A stretch of 38,519 bases of DNA from a virus (taxonomy: Duplodnaviria > Caudoviricetes), in the IMG/VR virus record IMGVR_UViG_3300037310_000135, positions 1 through 38,519 of that record, one strand, 5' to 3'. Each line of letters starts with the position of its first letter. The stretch's first letter is position 1. The notes under the pieces are model-generated. The model saw only the letters and a program-made list of their open reading frames with translations. It was not told the DNA's origin and did no database searches. Below, piece by piece: positions 1 through 8,311 of this stretch. The position numbers and the translations under genes are program-made.

Positions 1-127
1 GTCCCGCTTCTCGGCTGGTATACCATCACCAGTCGTTGCTATTCGCCGCAACTCAACCCTTCGTACGCCGTGCGATACCTCGCACTCTTGCAGCGTATGC
101 GCAAGCAGATTTACAGCTATCACAACG
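1..127. repeat. Terminal direct repeat, left copy (circular assembly overlap)
   Basis: 1-127 is identical to 38393-38519; 127 is a common assembler k-mer, implying a circular or terminally redundant genome of 38,392 bp. Confidence 0.95.
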
Positions 128-562
128 ACAACCATAAACGTACCGACTACGGGTTCCGTGTTTTGCTTTAGTCCCGCGCTTTCTACCGACAAGCGCAAGC
201 CTTGAACATTTTGCAGAACAATGGAATATCCTATGATCCTTCGGAAGAAACGCGACAGAACAGACACGACACGCCCTCGGCCCGATTCTCCTCAAGCCGT
301 TCACTCTGATACTGTTGCAGGTTCTACATGAGGGGACTATATTATCCCCGACATTATTTGATGTGTCACCGTCTAGGTGATCGGCTACGATAGCATCGCC
401 AGGCTGGTGTTTCCCGATATACCAGGAGAGAACCATGCCACACCAATAACACCTCGCTGATTCACCGTGTAACTGGTCGTAAAGAATGACCCTACTCTCT
501 TGCGCCACCCCACGAGATGACACTGGGTGGTTTATCTTTATTCTTTTCGTCGGCCGGTACAT
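53..562 (-). CDS. Free-standing HNH endonuclease with C-terminal Cys-rich (Zn-binding) motifs
   Basis: CYWC...ADHLDGDTSNN..DNIVPSCRTCN HNH core; CRVC..HCSAKC and HGT..Y..GCRCDSC motifs. Confidence 0.85.
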   Translation of the reverse strand: MYRPTKRIKINHPVSSRGVAQESRVILYDQLHGESARCYWCGMVLSWYIGKHQPGDAIVADHLDGDTSNNVGDNIVPSCRTCNSIRVNGLRRIGPRACRVCSVAFLPKDHRIFHCSAKCSRLALVGRKRGTKAKHGTRSRYVYGCRCDSCKSACAYAARVRGIARRTKG

Positions 563-571
563 AGCCTTCCT

Positions 572-577
572 ATTATA
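572..577 (-). promoter_or_regulatory. Candidate -10 box for the HNH gene
   Basis: TATAAT 9 nt upstream of the ATG at 562, just downstream of a terminator; no convincing -35. Confidence 0.45.
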
Positions 578-594
578 TATGAAACCAAGGCAAC

Positions 595-619
595 AGAAAA
601 CCCCCTTTCGGGGGCTTCC
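595..619 (-). terminator. Intrinsic terminator after the lysis cassette
   Basis: Minus strand AAGCCCCC-GAAA-GGGGGTTT followed by TCT. Confidence 0.7.
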
Positions 620-682
620 GTACTCTCCCCACTCAACCGCCAGGTTTTGCTAGGAGGGCCTTTGTATAATACCAGACTCCCG

Positions 683-1114
683 CTAGGGTGTCCAGTACCC
701 GCGTATGAGCGGTGATGTTCGTTCGATTGTTCTGACTGTCTGTTGACACGGCGCGTAGTTCGCCTCGGTGATTGTAATGTCGGTCGGTGTGACCTTCGTA
801 ATCACCGCGATATGCCCGAACCCGTCTCGTGTGAGGACAAGTCCTCCTACGGCTGGGCCGCTCGTGTTCGGCTGGATGTTCCAGGCGTTACCCCAGACTT
901 CACCATCCCGGCCGACGTACCATTTTGCGTACTGTATGCACGAACAAAGGACTCGTAATGGAGTACGTCGGGGCGGTGTGTAATCTACCCTCCTGTCTAC
1001 CACTACATTGTCTTGCCAACTGGGTATTGCTTCCTCGTTTGCCGGAGCCGCAGCCGTGGCTGGACCTAAAATGGCTACTAGTGAAAGCAGGAATCCCGCT
1101 GCTGTTTTTCTAAT
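683..1114 (-). CDS. CHAP-domain (Cys/His) amidase/peptidase with probable N-terminal signal peptide
   Basis: CSCIQYA..WGNA..P.VG..GHIAVI..ITEANY..IRGY CHAP pattern. The frame stays open upstream of the GTG at 1003 and encodes IRKTAAGFLLSLVAILGPATAAAP; the start is placed tentatively at ATT 1114. Confidence 0.75.
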   Translation of the reverse strand: MRKTAAGFLLSLVAILGPATAAAPANEEAIPSWQDNVVVDRRVDYTPPRRTPLRVLCSCIQYAKWYVGRDGEVWGNAWNIQPNTSGPAVGGLVLTRDGFGHIAVITKVTPTDITITEANYAPCQQTVRTIERTSPLIRGYWTP

Positions 1115-1117
1115 AAG

Positions 1118-1291
1118 CTAGAGCGTCCCTGGCGAACCAGACGGCTTGTTCGACTGGAAATAGTACATGAATACTATTGTCGCGAGCTGAACAAAATCCT
1201 TCGGGTCCACCTTGCCGACTGCGGTCAAACCGACTACCGCACAGGCCGTAATCAGCAGGACGATTTTACTTGCTGACCTGAGTATATCCAT
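1118..1291 (-). CDS. Small two-TM protein, holin candidate (57 aa, not in ORF track)
   Basis: My translation: MDILRSASKIVLLITACAVVGLTAVGKVDPKDFVQLATIVFMYYFQSNKPSGSPGTL; two hydrophobic segments; lies between two hydrolase genes. Confidence 0.7.
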   Translation of the reverse strand: MDILRSASKIVLLITACAVVGLTAVGKVDPKDFVQLATIVFMYYFQSNKPSGSPGTL

Positions 1292-1294
1292 AGT

Positions 1295-2098
1295 CTATGG
1301 TTTCTGCAAGAACGCTGCCCGATCCGCTATCGCCGCCTTGAGGAAGTCTGCCAACGCCTTCCCGGCCCAGAACGTAAGCTCTCCCTCGTCTGGTTCGCGG
1401 TAGAAGGCTAGTCGGTACAGGTTCCTCACTTCTTCTTTGGTCATGTTTTTCGTTCTAGGTGTTACGACGTACTTGAGCGCGACCTCGAAGGGGCTTCGGT
1501 ACTCCTTCTGGTACGGCTCATAGTGGTCGAAATAGGTATCTACTTGGTCCATCGAGGTAATCAGAGTTACCGCGTGACCGGGAATGACAACTTGAAGGGG
1601 GGAGTGTTTGAGGTGGTGCTTCAGGGTTTCTTTATTCGTGTCCGGCAGCCACTCATACTTAATGTCCCACGCGTCTAAAAGTTTATACCCTTCATTCCGC
1701 ACGTTCAGGGGAATATCGGCGTAGTATTGGTCCCAGGTAAAGTCTTTCGGGGCGGGCCAGAACTCCTCAGGTACTCCGCCCTGCTTCCTCAGAGTATCGC
1801 CAACCATGTAGAGGTAGTTCCCCATCTTGGTCGTGCCTGATTGTTTCGCTAAGAAGCGATCCGAGAGGTTCACGTCCTGCCCGTAGAACTTCATCTGCAT
1901 CTCGACACAGTTATGGGCAGAGAAAGAAACACACGCCATTGAATCCGCATAGCGTGAGGATTGCCTTTCACCTGGGGGCAAATACGGCCTCCAGTCACCG
2001 CTCGGAACACGCTCCTCAAAGGAAATGGGCGACGTGGCCCCGGCGATGTAGTCTTCGGGACGCTTACCGAGTATTACGCCGTAGTTTTTTTCAGGCAT
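1295..2098 (-). CDS. Papain-like cysteine peptidase with short C-terminal surface-binding (DUF4214-like) module; endolysin candidate
   Basis: Q..ACVSFSA, NLSDRFLA, GHAVTL, YFDHY catalytic pattern; C-terminal VRNLYRLAFYREPDEGELTFW. Confidence 0.7.
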   Translation of the reverse strand: MPEKNYGVILGKRPEDYIAGATSPISFEERVPSGDWRPYLPPGERQSSRYADSMACVSFSAHNCVEMQMKFYGQDVNLSDRFLAKQSGTTKMGNYLYMVGDTLRKQGGVPEEFWPAPKDFTWDQYYADIPLNVRNEGYKLLDAWDIKYEWLPDTNKETLKHHLKHSPLQVVIPGHAVTLITSMDQVDTYFDHYEPYQKEYRSPFEVALKYVVTPRTKNMTKEEVRNLYRLAFYREPDEGELTFWAGKALADFLKAAIADRAAFLQKP

Positions 2099-2310
2099 TG
2101 GTCTATCTTTAATTTATTGAAACCGAGGATTATCTTTCCATCTATGTCTAATACGGGGACACCCATCTGGCCGGACTTCTTTATCATCTCCTGCGCGTCT
2201 TGAGGACTTCGAGTAACGTCCCTTGCTATCCATGAAACTCCGAGCTTCGTGAGGTAATCTTTGGCCTCCTTACAGAAGTGGCAGTTTGGGGTGGTATAAA
2301 TGATAACCAT
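2074..2310 (-). CDS. Glutaredoxin-like (NrdH/YruB-type) redoxin
   Basis: MVIIYTTPNCHFC...SGQMGVPVLDIDGKIILGFN; start moved to ATG 2310. Confidence 0.9.
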   Translation of the reverse strand: MVIIYTTPNCHFCKEAKDYLTKLGVSWIARDVTRSPQDAQEMIKKSGQMGVPVLDIDGKIILGFNKLKIDQCLKKTTA

Positions 2311-2402
2311 GATAAAGGTTAATATCCCCTCCCCTACCGTGTTCCGGGCTGTTCTTCGGCGGGGGAGGGGGTGCTGGGTACACCCCGAGCGGGGGAGGGG
2401 AG

Positions 2403-2543
2403 TCACTGGCCCCGCCCCTTGCGATACCTCGGCATGAGGTAGACTGTCTTGCACCTTCGGCAAAGAACTTGGAGGTAGTCACGGTAGTACACCATGACAT
2501 CGTAGAGAAAGAACTTGCACTCGGGACACTCATGTCTCATCAT
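2403..2543 (-). CDS. Small zinc-ribbon protein, Com-like (46 aa, not in ORF track)
   Basis: MMRHECPECKFFLYDVMVYYRDYLQVLCRRCKTVYLMPRYRKGRGQ; two CxxC pairs and a basic tail. Confidence 0.65.
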   Translation of the reverse strand: MMRHECPECKFFLYDVMVYYRDYLQVLCRRCKTVYLMPRYRKGRGQ

Positions 2544-2676
2544 CTGCGTCCTCCCAGTCTCTGTACGTCACCAGTCGTCTGCGAATCTTCTGGCCCTGGA
2601 GTCTGTCGTAGACGTAGAGCGCACCAATGAGGCCAAAGAACATCACCACCGTCACCGCGTACTTCACTCGACCCAT
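2530..2676 (-). CDS. Small membrane protein (48 aa, not in ORF track)
   Basis: MGRVKYAVTVVMFFGLIGALYVYDRLQGQKIRRRLVTYRDWEDADDET; single TM; ATG 1 nt after the upstream stop. Confidence 0.55.
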   Translation of the reverse strand: MGRVKYAVTVVMFFGLIGALYVYDRLQGQKIRRRLVTYRDWEDADDET

Positions 2677-2677
2677 A

Positions 2678-2899
2678 CTAACCTCCTATATGCATGTAGA
2701 GCATGTAGAGCAACACCGGGACAACGAACATCGTCACCGCGCCGCCGAATCCCGTGGCCCTTGATTTCCAGTCCTCGATAGCGGAAACCCGGCCATTGGT
2801 CTTGGTGGTCTGCTCGATAATCCTGTTGAGTTTTTCGTCTATGACGCTGAATACCTCGTCGAGCATGGGTTGTGTGTATTTCTTACTTGGCATTGGCAT
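2678..2899 (-). CDS. Small coiled-coil plus C-terminal TM protein (XhlA/holin-like)
   Basis: KLNRIIEQTTKTNGRVSAIEDW followed by a hydrophobic C-terminus; first gene of the lysis region. Confidence 0.6.
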   Translation of the reverse strand: MPMPSKKYTQPMLDEVFSVIDEKLNRIIEQTTKTNGRVSAIEDWKSRATGFGGAVTMFVVPVLLYMLYMHIGG

Positions 2900-4397
2900 T
2901 TGCTATGGCTTGGATGATGAGTTGCTGTTCTGCCGGAGCGAGCTTGATGAGGACATTTGAGATTGGCGCCACCATGTTCGCCGCTACCGAGTTCACGAGA
3001 GTTGAGTGGAGGGTTTTGTTGAGCGCAATGGCTCCGGCCGCACCGAGCGGTCCAGCTCCAGCGAATCCACCGCCACCGAGTACGAGATCGCCAAGGGAGA
3101 GAATCTTATTATTCCCGCCGTTCGCCGCGAGCCGTTCAAGCCCCTGCATGAGCGTAAGTTCGTTCGCGTAATCTGAAAACATCTGTCGCGTCGATGGTGC
3201 GGCATTCTTTACCGACTCAGCCAATGCCCGACGGACAGACATCGCGAACTCCTGTGTTGCGGTGGGCTGGCTTGAGAGCCATGCCGAAGGACGGACAGTT
3301 TTGTCTATAATCTTACGGAGTTCGTTTGCCTCCTGAACCGTAAGACTTTTCTTTGAGAGATACTTCGCCGCGTTCGGGACCATCTCTTTCATCTTCTGAA
3401 GAACCTCGACGCGACTCGTTTGCCACCCGGCGGCGTTCATGTCGTCTGCGAGTCCTGCGGCTATCTGTGCTGGCCTCACGGTTCCCTTCGTTCCTGCGAG
3501 AGTTTTCGCAATCTGGTCATCTAAATCGTCTATCGCATTCTGACTCTGCTTGATGAGTTGCGCACTCGTACCCATCTTCTTGTGGTCCAATGCGTGCTGG
3601 ATTGCTTTCTGGCCTTTCGTTGAGGCCATCTCTTTGTTCGTTAAGCCGGAAACCCCACCCATCAACCTCTTCGGAAGATTCTGCGCCGCCCAGCGAAGAC
3701 CCTCGAAGACACCGCCCACCGCAAGGCCTGTAGCGGCTCCGATGCCCGCACCCTTGAGAACATCCTTTACCCCGCCTCCTTTCTCGGCTGCATCGAGGCC
3801 TCCGAATGCCCCGCCCGTGGCGGTTCCCATAGCGAGTCGTCCGGCGACCGAGGCTGGCGCACCAAGTCCGAACGAGCCGATAGTCATTCCTACTTTACCG
3901 ACAGAGGCGAGACCTTGAGCGTTTGTGGGGATACTCTTAGAGTACGCGTCAGTCATCTCTACGTTTCCTGTCGCGAGTTGTTGAGCCTGTGCCAAGATTT
4001 GTTTCCTTCGCGGATCGCCCGTGGGATATTTCTTTGCTTCCGCGATGAGTGCTGAAACCTGTTCGTTGATAGCCACCGCCGCGTCCTGCATGTTCTGGGC
4101 CTCGGCTGGTTTGTTGAGAGCATCACCGACACCCTTAATACCCGTGGCCTCTCCCACGAAGTTCACGGCCTTCTTCCAGAAGGGTACTTTCTCTGACTCG
4201 GCTCCGAAGGCCTGAGCCTCTTGGAAACCTCCAGACCGGCTCATGGTGGCCTCTTGGAACTGTGGCTGGTATTGAGGCTCCCGATTGAAGTTCTGTGCGT
4301 TCACGGAACCCAGTTGAGGGTCAATCATTATTGCGGGCATCCCCGGAGACTGCCCTATCGTCTGCTTCCAGATTTCGTCTAGTGTTGGTTTAGCCAT
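2883..4397 (-). CDS. Putative internal virion / DNA ejection protein
   Basis: Gly/Ala-rich hydrophobic segments and helical regions; last structural gene. Start moved to ATG 4397 (MAKPTLDEIW), which overlaps the upstream stop. Confidence 0.6.
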   Translation of the reverse strand: MAKPTLDEIWKQTIGQSPGMPAIMIDPQLGSVNAQNFNREPQYQPQFQEATMSRSGGFQEAQAFGAESEKVPFWKKAVNFVGEATGIKGVGDALNKPAEAQNMQDAAVAINEQVSALIAEAKKYPTGDPRRKQILAQAQQLATGNVEMTDAYSKSIPTNAQGLASVGKVGMTIGSFGLGAPASVAGRLAMGTATGGAFGGLDAAEKGGGVKDVLKGAGIGAATGLAVGGVFEGLRWAAQNLPKRLMGGVSGLTNKEMASTKGQKAIQHALDHKKMGTSAQLIKQSQNAIDDLDDQIAKTLAGTKGTVRPAQIAAGLADDMNAAGWQTSRVEVLQKMKEMVPNAAKYLSKKSLTVQEANELRKIIDKTVRPSAWLSSQPTATQEFAMSVRRALAESVKNAAPSTRQMFSDYANELTLMQGLERLAANGGNNKILSLGDLVLGGGGFAGAGPLGAAGAIALNKTLHSTLVNSVAANMVAPISNVLIKLAPAEQQLIIQAIANANAK

Positions 4398-4785
4398 TTT
4401 TGAACTTGAGATAATTTTGATAGACGCTCTGGACGTACTTGGGTACGTTGAACGTGACATTCGGGTTCGCTGAAGACCTCCCCACGCCTCGGTTCCCTTT
4501 TGCGTACGGGTCTGGATTACCCGAGTTCCACATTGAGGCAATCTGACCGGGGTTGTATCCTTGTTGCTTCCACTCCTTGAGTCGGTTGTAGACGACGTAG
4601 TTCTCGTTCTGAAGCGTCAACGGGGCGTTGGCGTTCCCGAGATACTTCTTCGCATACGATTTCCACGTCGAGGGAATGAACTGATACCGCGAAGCCAACT
4701 CACCCGTCTTCCCCGCAATCGGGCGGTTTCCTGTCTCGTGCTGTCGGATTGCCTTCGCAAGTGCGACGATTTGTGGGTCGAGCAT
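4390..4785 (-). CDS. Lysozyme-fold lytic transglycosylase-like protein (virion-associated candidate)
   Basis: AIRQHETG..ASRYQFIPSTW..W pattern with candidate catalytic Glu; lies between ejection-type genes. Confidence 0.7.
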   Translation of the reverse strand: MLDPQIVALAKAIRQHETGNRPIAGKTGELASRYQFIPSTWKSYAKKYLGNANAPLTLQNENYVVYNRLKEWKQQGYNPGQIASMWNSGNPDPYAKGNRGVGRSSANPNVTFNVPKYVQSVYQNYLKFKNG

Positions 4786-7160
4786 TACCAGTTGAAGGCG
4801 GAGCTTGAGCCGCCCTGTTGAGCGAGGTACTGTTGAATCTGTGCGTCGGTATATCCGGCCCTCTTTGCGGCCGCGACAAACGCGGTGGTATCTACTGAGC
4901 CGCCACCGCCAGAATCAGACGAGTAGGTAGTCCCACCGCTTCCGTAAGCAGCGCGAATCTGCTGTTCTGCGGCCTGACCACGAGGACGGTAAGTTGAGGT
5001 GATGAGTCTTCCTGCGTTGTTCCAGAACTCCATGAGGTTCCTCGGAGTTGCATTGCGGTCGTTGAGAAGCATTGCCACATAGTCAGAGGCCTGCGCCTGA
5101 ATGGATTGGCCACTCGCGGCATCTCCTGCGTCTGCGAGTCGTGCCGATGCGGGATCTTGGATACGAGCCAGAGCAACCGCAAAGTTCCGAACGTCTGCTG
5201 CGGAGTTCGCGAGCTGATTCCATGTGTTTGCATCGTTCGGCTGGCCGTAGGCATTCACAATCGCATTCATGTTCGACCAGTGCGTTTCCGCTGTCTGAAG
5301 ATTCTGCCAGTCCTGGTTCGAGTTGAGTGCCTTGAGGACATCCGGCTCGACGCTCTTGCTGCCACCGACAGAAGCTCCGACCTCATACTGTCCAGTCTGC
5401 TTGTTGAAGACGTACGGAGTGCCCTCGTTGAACTGGAGCGAGTAGTTGTCCTGTGACTGCTGGTTCGCGCTCTGATAGGCTAGTGCGTTCTGGAAGTCCT
5501 GTTGGGCGAATCCGAGTTGGGTCTTAATCTGTTCGTTCTGACGGTTGATGAAGTCCCCCAAAACCTCCGACCTCTTTGTCAGTGCCTCGTAGGTTCGGGC
5601 CTCCATTGAGTTGTTGAAGATGTAGTTTATTCTTCCCTCCTTGGTCGCGAGAGAAAAGTCCGGGTCTTCCATGACCGCATCCCTCTGTTTAATGAGGGCC
5701 ATTTCAATCGCGGCCATCTGAGTTTCGAGTTCTTTGAGTTGCGTCGTGGCCTCGACGATGCCGCTCTCTTTCTGGAGTATGTTGTACTGCTCTTGGAGCG
5801 TCTGCCTAGCTACCGGCTCCATCTGCGTGAGAGTTTCCTCAAACGGGTCGGGCGGGGGAGCGACTTCTTGGAGCGAGAAACCTTCTGCTCCATAGGTCGC
5901 CTCGTACGAGTCGGCATTCGCGTCTAACTGCGACTGCGACATCTGCCCGACGATATTTCCGTTCGGGTCGAGGACATTATACATCTTCTCGCCGACATCA
6001 ACGCCGCCACCAAGAGATGAAACGTCGAGGTACTTTTCTCCGCCTGTGCCGGTGTTAATCTTGTAGATTGAATCAAGTGCCGCAATGGTGTCTTGATTGA
6101 GCTGTCGGTCAATATCGTCCTGGGTGTTCCCTCCTTTAATCGTCGTGTCCTTGCTCTGTGAGTCCTGAAAATCCTTTACGGGGATTTGCTCACCGGGAAA
6201 GGCGGCATTAAACGCCTGTTTGTATGGTTGAACCGCATTCCTAAAGAACGAGTTTGCCTGTTCGAGTCCCGCCGCGCTCCGATCCGCAAAGAACTGGTCT
6301 GTCGAACTCCCTGGAGTAGTAAATAAGCGAGGAACCTGAAGAGCCGCCGAGCCAAGCCCTGCGACTTCTGATGCCACGAGATTCCCCGCACTGTTGAGGA
6401 CCGTTCCCGCGGCGTTACGGATAGCACCAATGCCCTGCCCAAGTCGCGAGTCCTGCGGGATGAAGCTTGAGATACCAGCCCAGGGGTTGATTGCTGTGTA
6501 GGCGTTCTTCGCGGCTCCCTTGATTGTGTCCCAAAAGCCACCGTCCTGCTCTTGCTTCTCACCCTGCATTTGCTTCCCCGCGTCAATGACTCCTTGAACG
6601 CCAAATCCGGGATAACTCGTCCGAGAAGTAACCGAACCGGGAAGGATGGATTCTCCTCCTGTGTGCTGGATAACCCCTCCGCTCCCTGTGAATCCTTGAG
6701 AGCTTTGAGATGTGGGCGAGATTGTGCCAGTATTTCCTGCTGAGTACGAAACTGGCTGCCCGATGAGCGTGAAGCTTCTTGTCCCTGTCGTGAGTTTCGT
6801 GGGGTCGGGGATAGAGGACCTTGATGAGCCGCCTCCGCTTGTCTTCACAGAGCCAACGCCGGGAATACTTGAAACGCTAAACGACGGTGCCCCAGTGCCA
6901 CCCCACCCGCCTCCGCCACCACCACCACTTCCTCCGCCAGATTTTACGGACCCGACCCCGGAGATACTCGAAGCACTAAACGATGGGGCAGTTCTTCCTA
7001 TGCTTACATTTCCCCCACCCGAAAGCCCCGTAGAGTACGAGTTTACTTTCGGTGCGGATGTTACTTTATTTACTATCGAGTTCGACAGCGAACTCACGGC
7101 CCTCGCCGGAGCGGTGACGACATTCTTTACTGTATTTACGATTCCAGAATACCAGGCCAT
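4785..7160 (-). CDS. Large putative internal virion / ejection protein
   Basis: 791 aa; Ser/Gly-rich N-terminus, Gln/Glu-rich coiled coil; podovirus-like gene position. Confidence 0.6.
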   Translation of the reverse strand: MAWYSGIVNTVKNVVTAPARAVSSLSNSIVNKVTSAPKVNSYSTGLSGGGNVSIGRTAPSFSASSISGVGSVKSGGGSGGGGGGGWGGTGAPSFSVSSIPGVGSVKTSGGGSSRSSIPDPTKLTTGTRSFTLIGQPVSYSAGNTGTISPTSQSSQGFTGSGGVIQHTGGESILPGSVTSRTSYPGFGVQGVIDAGKQMQGEKQEQDGGFWDTIKGAAKNAYTAINPWAGISSFIPQDSRLGQGIGAIRNAAGTVLNSAGNLVASEVAGLGSAALQVPRLFTTPGSSTDQFFADRSAAGLEQANSFFRNAVQPYKQAFNAAFPGEQIPVKDFQDSQSKDTTIKGGNTQDDIDRQLNQDTIAALDSIYKINTGTGGEKYLDVSSLGGGVDVGEKMYNVLDPNGNIVGQMSQSQLDANADSYEATYGAEGFSLQEVAPPPDPFEETLTQMEPVARQTLQEQYNILQKESGIVEATTQLKELETQMAAIEMALIKQRDAVMEDPDFSLATKEGRINYIFNNSMEARTYEALTKRSEVLGDFINRQNEQIKTQLGFAQQDFQNALAYQSANQQSQDNYSLQFNEGTPYVFNKQTGQYEVGASVGGSKSVEPDVLKALNSNQDWQNLQTAETHWSNMNAIVNAYGQPNDANTWNQLANSAADVRNFAVALARIQDPASARLADAGDAASGQSIQAQASDYVAMLLNDRNATPRNLMEFWNNAGRLITSTYRPRGQAAEQQIRAAYGSGGTTYSSDSGGGGSVDTTAFVAAAKRAGYTDAQIQQYLAQQGGSSSAFNW

Positions 7161-7189
7161 AGTTTTAGTTTGTTAGTTGCATAAAAAGT

Positions 7190-8311
7190 TTATAGAGAAC
7201 TGACTTGGATGGTATATGTAGAACCTGAAAGACCGTTACCTCCAGCAGTTGCTTCGGTCTCGACATTATCTCCTCCGCTTGCCCCCGCTGCTCCACCAGT
7301 ACCAGCAGAAACATCAAGAGTCCCAGGCCCAGAAAGGTCTCCGTAGACGAGAATAATAACTCCGCCGGCCCCCCCACCACCACCACCGCCGCCCGCTGTG
7401 TTGTAGTCGGGGTGCGTACTACCCGCACCGCCAGCACCGCCATTGCCACCTTTTGCCTCTATCGTCCCTGAGTTAATAATTTGTCGTGCGAAAATTGCGA
7501 CAACTCCTCCGGAGCCACCGGCCCCCCCACCACCACCACCACTATAACCTCCGCCAGTTCCGACTCCTCCCCCAGCCCCTCCGCCGCCACTTCCTGCCGA
7601 GGAAGAAAGCGGGACTACCGTAGAGATTGAATAGTCGTTGTCAGAAAGAGCGTACGCCGCGAGCTGTGACCTCGGAATGTTATAAACGGTTCCCGTTTTC
7701 GCTCCAGCGTCTCCGCCTGTATCGCCATCGTATGTGTCAGTATTCCCACCATTTCCACCCGCAGATCCAGCCGCTCCGAGAGATTTCACAACGCTCGTCC
7801 CATCGCCAGCAGGAGCACCGGTAACGATCCTTCCATCTGGACCACATCGGCCACCGATACCGCCGCTGTTGCCACCAGGAAGCGACCCGCTCGCGGCAGA
7901 TGTTCCTGCGGTTCCGGCAGAGGACGTAGTAGAGGTCCCGTTCCCACCGTTCCCACCGTTCCCTCCATTATTCCTGACAACACCCCCGCCTTGAATCTCA
8001 ACAATATCGGCAAAGATTCTAAACGATGCCGTGGCGAGAACCCCAGTAGGTGAAACAGTAAGTCGGTCATAGAACATATCCCGCGTGAGAGTCGTCGTCC
8101 CGCCGGAGATAGTTACCGATCCGTCTGATTTATCAGAAAACGGCGCGAGGGCTAAAAGTCTAATAGCCCTCTGATTAGCCTGTGCGTCAATTTCCTGTGA
8201 GTTCCGTCCGTCGTGATTATGATACCCGAAGTCCCGTTCGATAGTCTGAACGCGGGATTCAAGTTGCTCGATGGACGTGGATTGGAATAAATCCTCTGTG
8301 GTTTCTGCCAT
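7190..8311 (-). CDS. Glycine-rich tail fibre/appendage protein
   Basis: N-terminal coiled coil with HNHDG motif, then GGxGG repeats and GGSGGVV/GGAGGVI motifs. Confidence 0.7.
   Translation of the reverse strand: MAETTEDLFQSTSIEQLESRVQTIERDFGYHNHDGRNSQEIDAQANQRAIRLLALAPFSDKSDGSVTISGGTTTLTRDMFYDRLTVSPTGVLATASFRIFADIVEIQGGGVVRNNGGNGGNGGNGTSTTSSAGTAGTSAASGSLPGGNSGGIGGRCGPDGRIVTGAPAGDGTSVVKSLGAAGSAGGNGGNTDTYDGDTGGDAGAKTGTVYNIPRSQLAAYALSDNDYSISTVVPLSSSAGSGGGGAGGGVGTGGGYSGGGGGGAGGSGGVVAIFARQIINSGTIEAKGGNGGAGGAGSTHPDYNTAGGGGGGGGAGGVIILVYGDLSGPGTLDVSAGTGGAAGASGGDNVETEATAGGNGLSGSTYTIQVSSL

Noticed and set aside
1-127. Biological terminal repeat
   Set aside because: The length equals a common assembly k-mer and the junction cuts through a terminator and the HNH gene end; best read as a circularisation overlap.
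4398-4541. N-terminal extension of the 552-aa ORF
   Set aside because: Lies entirely within the transglycosylase gene; ATG 4397 overlapping the upstream stop is the more plausible start.
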